Shown here in pieces: positions 28,836 through 38,353 of a stretch of 49,994 nt of DNA (position 1 is its first letter; every line of letters begins with the position of its first letter). Source of the DNA: Candidatus Nomurabacteria bacterium (GTDB lineage: Bacteria > Patescibacteriota > Dojkabacteria > SC72 > JAHDCA01); the NCBI GenBank assembly GCA_020632375.1, contig JACKFR010000002.1, positions 1 to 49,994 of the forward strand, in the 5' to 3' direction. The notes under the pieces were generated by a model, which had not been told where the DNA came from, did not search any database, and worked only from the letters and a program-made list of their open reading frames with translations. Made by a program: the position numbers and the translations under genes.

Positions 28836-29844
28836 ATCTGATGCAGGGGAGAGGCTTGATCGGTACGTATACCTTTACTTGAAGAGAGCTCTTTCTTCCG
28901 AAATCAGTCCCTTGATCTCAAGGTCTTTGGTTACCTCAAATTATCAAGCAATTGCAAAGGTAAGAGGTAAGAATAAGACAAAGGCTTCTTACGCTCTCAG
29001 AGAAGGTGATGAAATTGCGATTAATTTAAAGCTTGTCCAAAAGCTTCTCGATGAAGAAGCTGATAAGCGCATTGCACAAGATAGAATCGTTGCTGAAAAT
29101 GGACCTCTGAATATCATCGAAGAGACAGATAGATATATCCTTTTAGACAAACCTTCCAATTTAGTAATGCATCCTGGTACCGGGAATTCATCAGGAACTC
29201 TTGCAAATTTTATAAAAGGTTACTTGTTGGAAAAGGGCGAATTCGATAAGGGTCTTGAGAGAGCAGGGATTGTACACCGACTTGATAAAGGTGTCAGCGG
29301 GTTGGTAATTGTTGCAAAAAGCAGAACCTATCAGCTTTTTCTTAAAAAAATCTTTGAGCAGCATAAGGTTACGAAGATCTATGTTGCGGATATTGAAAAG
29401 ACAAGAGATACATATTTTACAAAAAAGTTAGAAGAAGTTCTTGAGGAAGGTAATTATATACCCAATGAGGTCTTGGACTTAATCACAAAAAGTTTTCCAC
29501 GCAATCCAAAGCTGCCTTGGCTAAAAGTTAGTGGATATATTGGCAGAGATCCTTCTAATAGGTATGTTAATAAATTCACCATAGGCAAGCCACTGAACAG
29601 AGCTACTCGAAATGCTGTTTCGTATTTTTTACTCTTATCTAAGGATCAGATTGCAATAAAAATTGAAACAGGAAGAATGCATCAGATAAGGGCTACGCTA
29701 AAGAGAATAGGTTACCAGATTATTGGCGACACACTTTATGGTAAGCCATACAAAAGTTCAAATAAAACAGAGATTCACCTCCGTTCTCGCATATTAGCTT
29801 TTATCGATAAAAACGGAGATATATTCAGACGACTCATTAAATAA
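28801..29844 (+). CDS. RluA/RluD-family pseudouridine synthase
   Basis: S4-like N-terminus (RLDRY), DKPSNLVMHP, HRLDKGVSG and ETGRMHQIR. Confidence 0.93.
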   Translation: MKSYEKILKIVESDAGERLDRYVYLYLKRALSSEISPLISRSLVTSNYQAIAKVRGKNKTKASYALREGDEIAINLKLVQKLLDEEADKRIAQDRIVAENGPLNIIEETDRYILLDKPSNLVMHPGTGNSSGTLANFIKGYLLEKGEFDKGLERAGIVHRLDKGVSGLVIVAKSRTYQLFLKKIFEQHKVTKIYVADIEKTRDTYFTKKLEEVLEEGNYIPNEVLDLITKSFPRNPKLPWLKVSGYIGRDPSNRYVNKFTIGKPLNRATRNAVSYFLLLSKDQIAIKIETGRMHQIRATLKRIGYQIIGDTLYGKPYKSSNKTEIHLRSRILAFIDKNGDIFRRLIK

Positions 29845-30199
29845 CTCTATAGGGTGCGATACGGTTTGAATAAAGAAATTTGACTAATATTTTAGGGTGA
29901 GACTGCCATTATCGATAACCTACAAGAACAGTAAGGTAAATGTCTCCATATAAAGAAATTATTTGAGAGTAATATAGTTATACATAAATCTTGAATAGAG
30001 TGATATGTGAATGAGAAACCAAATAAAACTTAAGTGCCCCTATACGTTTAGTTTGTAATATATGGATTATGACTTGGAGAGAATATCTAATTGTAACATA
30101 ATAGTAACTACCTATTTTTCTTCGAGGTTATCGAGCCAAAGGGTAGGGTTATATTATGGGGTATGTTGCTAATCGGCATCTAATCTAATAGTATTAGCT

Positions 30200-31381
30200 G
30201 TGGCAAGATCTAAAAGAATCTCATATCGAGCAAATTCTACAAAGAACAAAAGATCTAAGAAAAAGGCAGCTTTAAAAACCCCGATAGGAGGGTTGATTCT
30301 TGCTGTAGGAGTTGTTTTAGGCATATTTTTCATTTTACAAAGCATTAAAGCAACGCTAGACAGTTATAGAGGTGTTCGTATAGAAGATCCCGTTAAAAGC
30401 GATGAAAAATTGCTTTTTGATAAGAATGAAGGCGTTCAGAAAACACTTTTTGTATTCGAGACACCTAGATCAGGAGGTGGGAGCGAGATTGCTTCTTTGT
30501 ATTTGTTCGCTGAAAATAAGAATAACGCTCAGTCGGCGGCCTTCTTTATACCCGGCTGGGTATATATTCCCGTAGAGGGCAGTGATTTGGCGACTGTCTC
30601 AAGTATTCGTAATCTTTCTTATTTCGCTGATCTTACATCTTCTAAAAAACCTTATTCATATTTTATTTGGGAAGTACAAAATGTCTTAGGAGTTAAGATA
30701 GATGATTATGTATGGGTTAGAGAAGATGCGAGTAGCGCATTAGGGGAGACGTTTGAGTCAGAGAGCACAGAAGGGCTTGAGTTTTTTGCTAGATTTCTTA
30801 GAGTTACGCAGATTACTAGATTAATTACTAAACAAGATCAGACAAGCATAATACTAAGAAATATTTACTCTGATTTGAGTCCTGTCGGATTATATAATTT
30901 AACAGGGCAGATAAGCGATGGCCTAAAGCAAGAAAATCTAACTTTTATTGATTTTACAGATGGGGATTATCTTGTAGAAAAAACACTTGATAGCGGTGAT
31001 ACAGTTAGTCTTTATAACCAAGTAGCCGCTGATAAAGTGATTTTAGACCTTGATACTGTTTTTGTAGATCGAAGCATTGAAAAAGAGCAAGCAAAGGTTG
31101 AAGTTTATAATGGGAGTGAGATTAATGGGCTTGCATCAAGATATGCAAGAGTAATTCAGAATGCAGGGCTTCCTGTCGTTAGATCTGAAAATTCTCCAGA
31201 TAGTTACAAAGAGACAGTAGTATATGTCTCTGTAGAGAATAAATTCGTATCTAGCCTAGAATTAGTTCAGTCACTAATACCAGTCGATGCAAAGGTTATT
31301 GTCGGTCGACCGGACTTTCTTACAACTGCAGATATAATGGTAATTCTTGGCGACGACGTTACTAATGAATACACATGGTAA
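30200..31381 (+). CDS. Membrane-anchored LCP-like protein with LytR C-terminal domain
   Basis: Basic N-terminus, one TM, and C-terminal VEVYNGSEINGLAS...ADIMVILGDD (LytR_C). Confidence 0.8.
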   Translation: MARSKRISYRANSTKNKRSKKKAALKTPIGGLILAVGVVLGIFFILQSIKATLDSYRGVRIEDPVKSDEKLLFDKNEGVQKTLFVFETPRSGGGSEIASLYLFAENKNNAQSAAFFIPGWVYIPVEGSDLATVSSIRNLSYFADLTSSKKPYSYFIWEVQNVLGVKIDDYVWVREDASSALGETFESESTEGLEFFARFLRVTQITRLITKQDQTSIILRNIYSDLSPVGLYNLTGQISDGLKQENLTFIDFTDGDYLVEKTLDSGDTVSLYNQVAADKVILDLDTVFVDRSIEKEQAKVEVYNGSEINGLASRYARVIQNAGLPVVRSENSPDSYKETVVYVSVENKFVSSLELVQSLIPVDAKVIVGRPDFLTTADIMVILGDDVTNEYTW

Positions 31382-31437
31382 ATTAGGTTATTTTCTATTA
31401 TCTCAAGGTGTCGCTATATTCATTCTTGCAGGATTTC

Positions 31438-31446
31438 TGGTAGAAT
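31438..31446 (+). promoter_or_regulatory. Extended -10 promoter (TGGTAGAAT) of the VirD4-like gene
   Basis: TGnTAGAAT, 8 nt before the ATG at 31455. Confidence 0.55.
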
Positions 31447-31454
31447 GAGTTACT

Positions 31455-33971
31455 ATGTTCTCATTCTTTATGGCTATTTTATTAGCCTTCTCGATAGGTT
31501 TTACAATTTTTGTTTTCACTTACGGAAAGAAACCCAAGGAAACCGTAGAAGTTTTTGAAGAGGTTCGTAGCCCCATCATACTACAGGTTTTAGTGCCAAG
31601 AGAAAATGACAAGACACCTCTTGCCGCAGAACAGATGTTTGCTTCTATACATGGAATTTTAAGAGATTCCAAGAAGTCTCTTGATATGATTAGTTTTGAG
31701 ATTTCATCAAGCGGAAAAAGCGGAATTCGGTTTTATGTCGTGACTCCTAAGCATCTTAAAAAGTTTATTGAAGGGCAAATTTATGCTCAATACCCGAATG
31801 CAGAAATTCAAGAAGTTGCAGATTATACGAGAACATCTGCACCTGAGAAGCTTTCGTCTGGTGAGCCATATAAAGCTTTTGTTACTACAGGAGAAGTAGA
31901 ACTAGAAAAAGATTACATATTCCCGATCAAGACGTTTAGAAGTTTTGATGTCGATCCACTGGCAGCAATTACCAGTGCTATGGCAGAGCTGAAAGAAGGG
32001 CAATCGGTATGGGTTCAGATTTTAGTGAGGCCGATTGCAAACTATTGGCAAGATGCTTCCAAAGATTATATTACAGCAATAAAAGAAGGGCGGACACCTG
32101 GAGGGATGAGTCTTCTAAATAAATTTGTCGAAGATATGGGGAAAACACTTTCTAATCTTGGCAGCACTCCTTCAGAAGCCGCAAAGAAAGAGGTAGTGAA
32201 ACTTGTACCAGGTCAAGATGAAGAATTGAGGCAAATAGAAGAAAAGATGCTTAAACCTGGATTTGAACTAAAGATTAGGCTGGTGACAAAGGCTCAGGAC
32301 CAGTTTACCTCTGAACAGCTTCTTAGAGATATTGTTGCTAGTTTTAAACAATTTACTACTTCTCACTTAAATAACTTTGTTCATTCGAATCCGGAAAAGG
32401 GTGGGGAAGAAATATATAAAGAATATCTTGACCGCCATTTGCCTGCTGAACCAATAGATATAGTCAATATTGAAGAGCTCGCCTCTATATTCCATCTTCC
32501 AAACAACTCTGTTGAGACTCCTACAATTAACTGGAGTAGGGCGAGGAAAGCCGAGCCTCCAATGAATCTTCCAGTGAGTATTGACGATGATATTACGTTT
32601 TTTGGGGAAACAGATTATCGTGGAGATAGATATGCATTCGGTATTAAACGCATCGATCGAAGAAGGCATATGTATTTGCTCGGAAAAACTGGAGTCGGAA
32701 AGTCTTCTACTTTTAAAAATATGTTTGTAGCAGATGTATTAAAGGGAGATGGTGCTTGTTATATTGACCCTCATGGTCAGGATTTAGAAGAGCTTTTAGA
32801 CTATATTCCGGAAAATAGAATAGATGATGTGATCTATTTTGATCCGTCCGATTCTAATTATCCTGTAGGATTTAACTTATTAGAACTTGATGAATTAAAC
32901 CAGAGAGATCTTGTCGCTGACGGAGTTGTAGCAGTTTTCAAAAAAGAGTTCGGTAATTCTTGGGGACCAAGGCTTCAATATATTTTGCAGAATGCAGTCT
33001 CTACGTGCCTTGAAGCACAAGGTACTACTTTATTGGCGGTTCAAAGAATTCTTGTAGATAGCAATTTCCGCAAGTTTATTTTGAAGCAGGTTAAAGACCC
33101 AGTACTTCTTAAATTCTGGAGTGAGGAGTATGCCCAGATGTCCCAGAACTCTAGGCTTATTACCGAAGCTGTTGCGCCAATCCAAAATAAGGTTGGAAGG
33201 TTTATATCTTCAGCTGTAATTAGAAATATCGTTGGTCAGGTTAGGTCTACGATTAATCTTCGGGAGGCAATGGATAACAAGAAGATTTTAATGGTTAATC
33301 TTGCGCAAGGAAAGATAGGTGAGGAGAGTGCTTCTCTCCTGGGCGGACTTCTGATTACAAGATTGCAGGCAGCAGCTTTGCAGCGTGTTGATACTCCAGA
33401 AGACGAGAGAAACGATTTCTTTTTGTATGTAGACGAGTTCCAAAACTTTGCAACAGACTCATTTGCAAAGATTTTATCTGAAGCAAGGAAGTTTAGACTT
33501 AATCTTACAATGACAAACCAGTATATTGAGCAAATTCCTTTGACAGTGCGCAATGCTATCTTCGGTAATGTTGGAACTCTTGCCTCGTTTGTGGTCAGCC
33601 AAGCTGACGCAGGAATTCTCGGGCATGAGTTTGCTCCTATTTTCGATCAGGATGACTTAGTATCTCTTGAGTCACATTCAATGTATGTTAAGCTGTGTAT
33701 TGACGGCATGACATCTAAACCCTTTAGTGCAAAGTCATTAGATTACCGTACTAGACTACAGAAGTTCGGGCTTAAGGAACAGGTTGTTCAATCATCAAGA
33801 ACAAAGTATGGAACCTCGAGAGAAGAGATTGAAGACAAGATTAGGAGGTGGTCAGAGCAGACTTATAGCGATAAAGGGAATAGATCGATGAATGCTAAAG
33901 AAAGAAAGTTACAAGAGAAACCGAACGAATCTTCTGGAAAGGCTAAATCTCCTCGTATAGAGAAGCTATGA
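31455..33971 (+). CDS. VirD4/TrwB/TraG-like coupling ATPase (type IV secretion DNA-binding domain protein)
   Basis: N-terminal TM, RRRHMYLLGKTGVGKS (Walker A), YIDPHG, LYVDEFQNF (Walker B), SEARKF and NQY. Confidence 0.88.
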   Translation: MFSFFMAILLAFSIGFTIFVFTYGKKPKETVEVFEEVRSPIILQVLVPRENDKTPLAAEQMFASIHGILRDSKKSLDMISFEISSSGKSGIRFYVVTPKHLKKFIEGQIYAQYPNAEIQEVADYTRTSAPEKLSSGEPYKAFVTTGEVELEKDYIFPIKTFRSFDVDPLAAITSAMAELKEGQSVWVQILVRPIANYWQDASKDYITAIKEGRTPGGMSLLNKFVEDMGKTLSNLGSTPSEAAKKEVVKLVPGQDEELRQIEEKMLKPGFELKIRLVTKAQDQFTSEQLLRDIVASFKQFTTSHLNNFVHSNPEKGGEEIYKEYLDRHLPAEPIDIVNIEELASIFHLPNNSVETPTINWSRARKAEPPMNLPVSIDDDITFFGETDYRGDRYAFGIKRIDRRRHMYLLGKTGVGKSSTFKNMFVADVLKGDGACYIDPHGQDLEELLDYIPENRIDDVIYFDPSDSNYPVGFNLLELDELNQRDLVADGVVAVFKKEFGNSWGPRLQYILQNAVSTCLEAQGTTLLAVQRILVDSNFRKFILKQVKDPVLLKFWSEEYAQMSQNSRLITEAVAPIQNKVGRFISSAVIRNIVGQVRSTINLREAMDNKKILMVNLAQGKIGEESASLLGGLLITRLQAAALQRVDTPEDERNDFFLYVDEFQNFATDSFAKILSEARKFRLNLTMTNQYIEQIPLTVRNAIFGNVGTLASFVVSQADAGILGHEFAPIFDQDDLVSLESHSMYVKLCIDGMTSKPFSAKSLDYRTRLQKFGLKEQVVQSSRTKYGTSREEIEDKIRRWSEQTYSDKGNRSMNAKERKLQEKPNESSGKAKSPRIEKL

Positions 33972-34056
33972 TAGGGTTGTCTCTTTAAATCTTGGATGTT
34001 TTTGAGTAAGATTATGCCCATAGGTATTAAGGTCAATAAATTTCATAAAGTTGTTT

Positions 34057-34857
34057 ATGTCGGGACACTCCAAATGGTCGAAAATTCGGCATAAAAAGGG
34101 AATAAAAGACGCTAAACGTGGAAAGCTTTTTTCAAAGATGGCTCAGCAGATCACTATTGCGGCTAGAGATGGAGGAGGTGACCCGGATGCAAACTTCTCA
34201 CTTCGTCTGCTTGTTGATAAAGCGAAATCTGCAAGTATGCCTGCTGATAACATTAAACGTGCAATCGATCGAGGCATAGGTAAGGGAGAAGGCGGGCAAT
34301 TGGAAAATGCTTTATATGAGGCATATGGGCCTGGGAAAGCATCAATGATTGTTGAGGCGGTAACTGATAATAAAAATCGGACAGTCGCAGAACTTAGAAA
34401 GCTTTTTTCGGATTCTGGAGGAAATCTCGCAGAATCGGGCTCTGTTTCATGGAATTTCGATCAAAGAGGACTTGTAATCGTTGAGTCTGCAAAATTAAAA
34501 AAATCTGATAAATATGGCGAACCAGATATTCATGTCCCAGAAGATCCTGAAGAAACAATGCTCCAGCTTATTGAGATTCCTGGTGTTGTTGATGTGGATA
34601 CAATTGATTACGAAGAAGAAGATTCTGCTGAAGAAAGGGTCCATTTACAGCTAATAACTCAAGCTCAAGACCTTATTTCAGTGCGAGATCAAGTTCATAA
34701 CCTAGGATATATAGTTAAAGATGCCGAACTTACGTGGATCCCAAGGAGCTATAAAGAAGTTTCGCCGGAAAGTAGGGAAAAGCTTCATAATTTTCTTGAA
34801 AGACTTGATGAGGTTGAAGATGTACACAATATCTGGATGGATGTTAAACTTGATTAA
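34057..34857 (+). CDS. yebC: YebC/PmpR family protein
   Basis: MSGHSKWSKI, DPDANFSL, YEAYGPG and TDNKNRT. Start taken at ATG 34057. Confidence 0.95.
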   Translation: MSGHSKWSKIRHKKGIKDAKRGKLFSKMAQQITIAARDGGGDPDANFSLRLLVDKAKSASMPADNIKRAIDRGIGKGEGGQLENALYEAYGPGKASMIVEAVTDNKNRTVAELRKLFSDSGGNLAESGSVSWNFDQRGLVIVESAKLKKSDKYGEPDIHVPEDPEETMLQLIEIPGVVDVDTIDYEEEDSAEERVHLQLITQAQDLISVRDQVHNLGYIVKDAELTWIPRSYKEVSPESREKLHNFLERLDEVEDVHNIWMDVKLD

Positions 34858-34883
34858 GAAACATATTTAATAAGGTTTGATTA

Positions 34884-35372
34884 ATGAGAATCCTTGGAAT
34901 TGATCCTGGATTTGCTTTAGTGGGGTGGGGTGTTATTGAATTTCACTCATCGAGTATATCTTTAATTGATTATGGTGTTCTAAGTACAGATAAGTCTCTT
35001 GAACACTCAGATCGATTGCTTGAGATCTTTAAAGATATGCGAAGCCTTTTAGAAGATTTCAACCCGGATTGTGTTGGGATTGAGACACTTCTTTTCCATA
35101 GGAATATTACTACGGCAATGGGTGTCAGTGAAGCTCGAGGTGTTATACTTATGGCTGCCCGTCTCAGAGATAAGATAAGAATTCAAGAAGTGACTCCTTT
35201 GCAAGTTAAAAACTCGGTATCAGGCTATGGAAGAGCGACAAAAAAGCAGATGCAGGAAAATGTTCGGATTATATGCGGTCTGGATGCCGTCCCCGAGCCA
35301 GATGATGCAGCTGATGCGATTGCTGTTGCAATCTGTGCACATGATCTTATTTCATCTAGTCAACTAAGCTAA
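34884..35372 (+). CDS. ruvC: Holliday junction resolvase RuvC
   Basis: ILGIDPG, GIE, GYGRATKKQ and DDAADA. Confidence 0.96.
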   Translation: MRILGIDPGFALVGWGVIEFHSSSISLIDYGVLSTDKSLEHSDRLLEIFKDMRSLLEDFNPDCVGIETLLFHRNITTAMGVSEARGVILMAARLRDKIRIQEVTPLQVKNSVSGYGRATKKQMQENVRIICGLDAVPEPDDAADAIAVAICAHDLISSSQLS

Positions 35373-35983
35373 TGATTGTATATATAAAGGGAATGGTTAT
35401 TGCTCTCAGCGCAAGAGACAAAGCAGTGTATGTCGATATAGCTACTCAGTCAGGAGTGGGGTACAGGGTTTTTGTCTCTTCTCTCCCTATAGGAGCAAAG
35501 ATTAGTGATGAGATCGAACTATATACAAGCCTCCAGGTGAGAGAAGACAGTCAGACTCTTTTTGGCTTCGACAGCGAGGGTAAAAGAGACTTTTTTGAAT
35601 TGCTTATTTCTGTATCTGGAGTCGGCCCTAAAATTGGTATTGCACTTCTTTCTGCATTTGATACTGAAGAGTTGCAGGAACTTATCTCATCTGGAAATTA
35701 TAAAGAACTGAGTAAAGTTCCCGGGCTCGGAGAAAAAAGTGCTAAAAGAATAATCATTGAGATTCAGCCTAAACTTGAGATTGATCTGAGTCTTGAACAG
35801 AAAAGCTGGGAAGATAATAATAAGAAACAGATTACGGAACTTCGTTCTGCTTTAAAATCGCTTGGATTCAGTAAAGAGGAGATATCTGAACAGCTTGAAG
35901 TAGTCAGAACTACGATTGAAAACAATAGTGAGATGACAATCAGCTCTGAAGAGCTGCTCCGGATAATTCTGAAATCAAAGTAA
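35372..35983 (+). CDS. ruvA: Holliday junction branch migration protein RuvA
   Basis: GVGY, VRED...LFGF, LISVSGVGPK and VPGLGEKSAKRI. Confidence 0.95.
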   Translation: MIVYIKGMVIALSARDKAVYVDIATQSGVGYRVFVSSLPIGAKISDEIELYTSLQVREDSQTLFGFDSEGKRDFFELLISVSGVGPKIGIALLSAFDTEELQELISSGNYKELSKVPGLGEKSAKRIIIEIQPKLEIDLSLEQKSWEDNNKKQITELRSALKSLGFSKEEISEQLEVVRTTIENNSEMTISSEELLRIILKSK

Positions 35984-35990
35984 AAATTTT

Positions 35991-37070
35991 ATGGTTATTT
36001 CAAACAATAATAAAGTCAAAAATTCAAAATCGCCCTCCAGAAAGAGATCCTCCTCTGCGGCTAAAGTAGCTTCTAAAGACTCATCTGTCAGTGATAACTC
36101 AGTAACTGACTCTTTCCGTCCAAGAAACTTCAAAGATATTATTGGGCGGTCAAAAGAAAAGAAGACTTTGAACATAATGATTCAGGCTGCTCAACAAAGA
36201 GGCGAGGCACTTGACCATATCCTCTTTTATGGGCCTCCTGGCTTAGGCAAAACTACATTTGCAATGTCAATAGCTAATGAGATTGGCACGAATATAAGGA
36301 TTACTTCCGGCCCAGTAATCGAGAGACAGGCGGATTTAGCAGCAATTCTGACAAATCTAAAGAAAGGAGATATTCTTTTTATTGATGAGATTCATAGACT
36401 TTCAAAAACAGTCGAGGAAATGCTTTACCCAGTCATGGAAGATGGAGTAATAGATATAGTCATGGGCAAAGGTCCATCGGCGAAAAGTATTCGATTGAGT
36501 CTTGAGCCTTTTACACTTATTGGCGCGACTACACAAATAGGGAGGATAGGCTCTCCGATGAGAGATCGTTTCGGATATATTCGCAGACTTGATTATTTCT
36601 CTAATGAAGAAGCTGAAAAGATTGTAAAAAGAGCTGCAAGTATAAGTGGTATTAATATAACCTCAGATGCTGTCGCTGCAATTGCGAAAAGATCTAGAGG
36701 AACGGGTAGGGTAGTTTTAAGGCTTTTCAAACGTATCCGTGACTATCATGAATCCGAAAGTGGTAAGAAAAGCGATGGTGAAATAACACTTATTACTGCT
36801 TTAAAGGCGCTAGAGCTTATCGGGGTAGACGAGTTAGGTCTTGAAGAGATTGATAGGAAAATACTCCATGTTATTTATAATCAGTTCGATGGTGGACCAG
36901 TAGGCCTTTCGACTATTTCTGCTGCGATCTCAGAGGATTCTTCTACTATAGAAGATGTGTATGAGCCTTTCTTAATGAAGCTTGGTTTAATAAAAAGAAC
37001 GACACGAGGTAGAATAATAACAGAAAAAGGGGCGCAAGTGATTTCGGGTAATCTTTTAATCGATAATTGA
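35991..37070 (+). CDS. ruvB: Holliday junction branch migration helicase RuvB
   Basis: FRPRNF, GPPGLGKTT, FIDEIHR, GATT, RDRFG, GGPVG and RTTRGR. Confidence 0.98.
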   Translation: MVISNNNKVKNSKSPSRKRSSSAAKVASKDSSVSDNSVTDSFRPRNFKDIIGRSKEKKTLNIMIQAAQQRGEALDHILFYGPPGLGKTTFAMSIANEIGTNIRITSGPVIERQADLAAILTNLKKGDILFIDEIHRLSKTVEEMLYPVMEDGVIDIVMGKGPSAKSIRLSLEPFTLIGATTQIGRIGSPMRDRFGYIRRLDYFSNEEAEKIVKRAASISGINITSDAVAAIAKRSRGTGRVVLRLFKRIRDYHESESGKKSDGEITLITALKALELIGVDELGLEEIDRKILHVIYNQFDGGPVGLSTISAAISEDSSTIEDVYEPFLMKLGLIKRTTRGRIITEKGAQVISGNLLIDN

Positions 37071-37071
37071 T

Positions 37072-37884
37072 ATGGCAGAAGTAAGTATTTATACAGATAG
37101 TGGCAAAAGGGGGAGGCTTTTCGTGCTTGCTTCACTTCTCGCTATCTCTTTATTTTTTGTCAGAAACGCTTTTGACATAGACTTGAGATCCATTTCGCAC
37201 TTAGCGGGTCTGACTGCTAGCTACTTTGTAGCTGTGTATATCCTGTTACTGTGGGCTTTTCGTTTTCAATTTACTCGAAGTAGTTTACTCGTAGTTATTC
37301 CTCAAAGTGCTCTTTTTGTTTCGCTTCAAATGGTCTTTCTTTTACTTTTCTTTTTTGCAGACCTTCAAAGAGTTTATCAGTTTGTAATAATTTTCATACT
37401 CTCTTCGTTTGTTTTTGTGACGACATATATAAGTTTTCTTATGTCGAATATATTTAATGTCTCAACCTTTAAGCCACTTCCGCTTATTGAAGTTGCGAGG
37501 ACAACTTCATACATCTTGACTCTACTTACAACGTACTTTGTAACTTTTTCTATTGTTTACTCTTTAGAGAACTTCTTGACTATTTGTATAGTTTTATTTG
37601 GGCTTTACTTTATTATAGTTCTTTTACATTTAACTCATCTTGGTGGTGCTATACCTAAAACCACACAATATGCCTCTATAATAGCTTTCGTAATGACTCT
37701 CTCGGCTGTTTCACTTTTTTTATGCGGTGTTAGAATCGAACTACTCGGTATTGTCCCAACAGCAGTATCATTCGGTTTAATTGGCATTGAAATGGCAAGC
37801 ATAAAGAATTCGGTTAGGACAATGCTTTTATTACAGTATTCAGCAATATTCATTGCATCAATAATTTTTTGCCTATCTTTATAA
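37072..37884 (+). CDS. Hypothetical polytopic membrane protein
   Basis: 270 aa with about 8-9 hydrophobic segments. Starts 1 nt after ruvB. Confidence 0.8.
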   Translation: MAEVSIYTDSGKRGRLFVLASLLAISLFFVRNAFDIDLRSISHLAGLTASYFVAVYILLLWAFRFQFTRSSLLVVIPQSALFVSLQMVFLLLFFFADLQRVYQFVIIFILSSFVFVTTYISFLMSNIFNVSTFKPLPLIEVARTTSYILTLLTTYFVTFSIVYSLENFLTICIVLFGLYFIIVLLHLTHLGGAIPKTTQYASIIAFVMTLSAVSLFLCGVRIELLGIVPTAVSFGLIGIEMASIKNSVRTMLLLQYSAIFIASIIFCLSL

Positions 37885-38101
37885 GAGTAGGGGGGCGCTG
37901 CCCTATAGTACTATGTTTACCCTAAGTCCTATAGCAAGTAGGGCGATGTGGATAAATTTAGGAAGTATCCCGATAAAGAAATTCTCAAAGCGTAGCGATA
38001 TGCTTTAGTTTAATAATATCTTGCCGGATAGAGTACTTAACCTTGGTGCACCTGTGGGTAAACCCTTTTCATTGTTATGTATATATGTTACGCTTAATGT
38101 G

Positions 38102-38129
38102 ATCGAGTATAATCGACCTTATATGCGGC
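38102..38129. other. Candidate dif-like Xer recombination site (11-6-11)
   Basis: ATCGAGTATAA-TCGACC-TTATATGCGGC, with symmetric TATAA/TTATA flanking a 6-bp spacer. Lies 225 bp upstream of a Xer-family gene. Confidence 0.6.
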
Positions 38130-38353
38130 AGACAGTGTGGGTTTGTAACTTGTGGAAGTTTTCAGTGCATATTATAACTTTAAGCACAGCCTTAATCATA
38201 TATCCAAGTTGGCAGAAATGAAAAAAAATTTTATAAATTAACAAGTTTACTATACTTTATTGAATTATGCCTTTATGACAAGATATCTTGTGAAACTCTT
38301 CCCTACTTGTTTCACAGGGCTGATTTAGTAATAAATTAACTAATAGTGCTACT

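Noticed and set aside
30091-30118. dif-like arm (TTATGTTACAA on the - strand) in the AT-rich 29845-30199 gap
   Set aside because: Only one arm matches, with no symmetric partner across a 6-bp spacer.
37888-37945. tmRNA or other structured RNA starting GGGGGCG
   Set aside because: No tmRNA 5' consensus continuation and no matching TCCACCA 3' end. Only weak hairpins (GCCCTA/TAGGGC).
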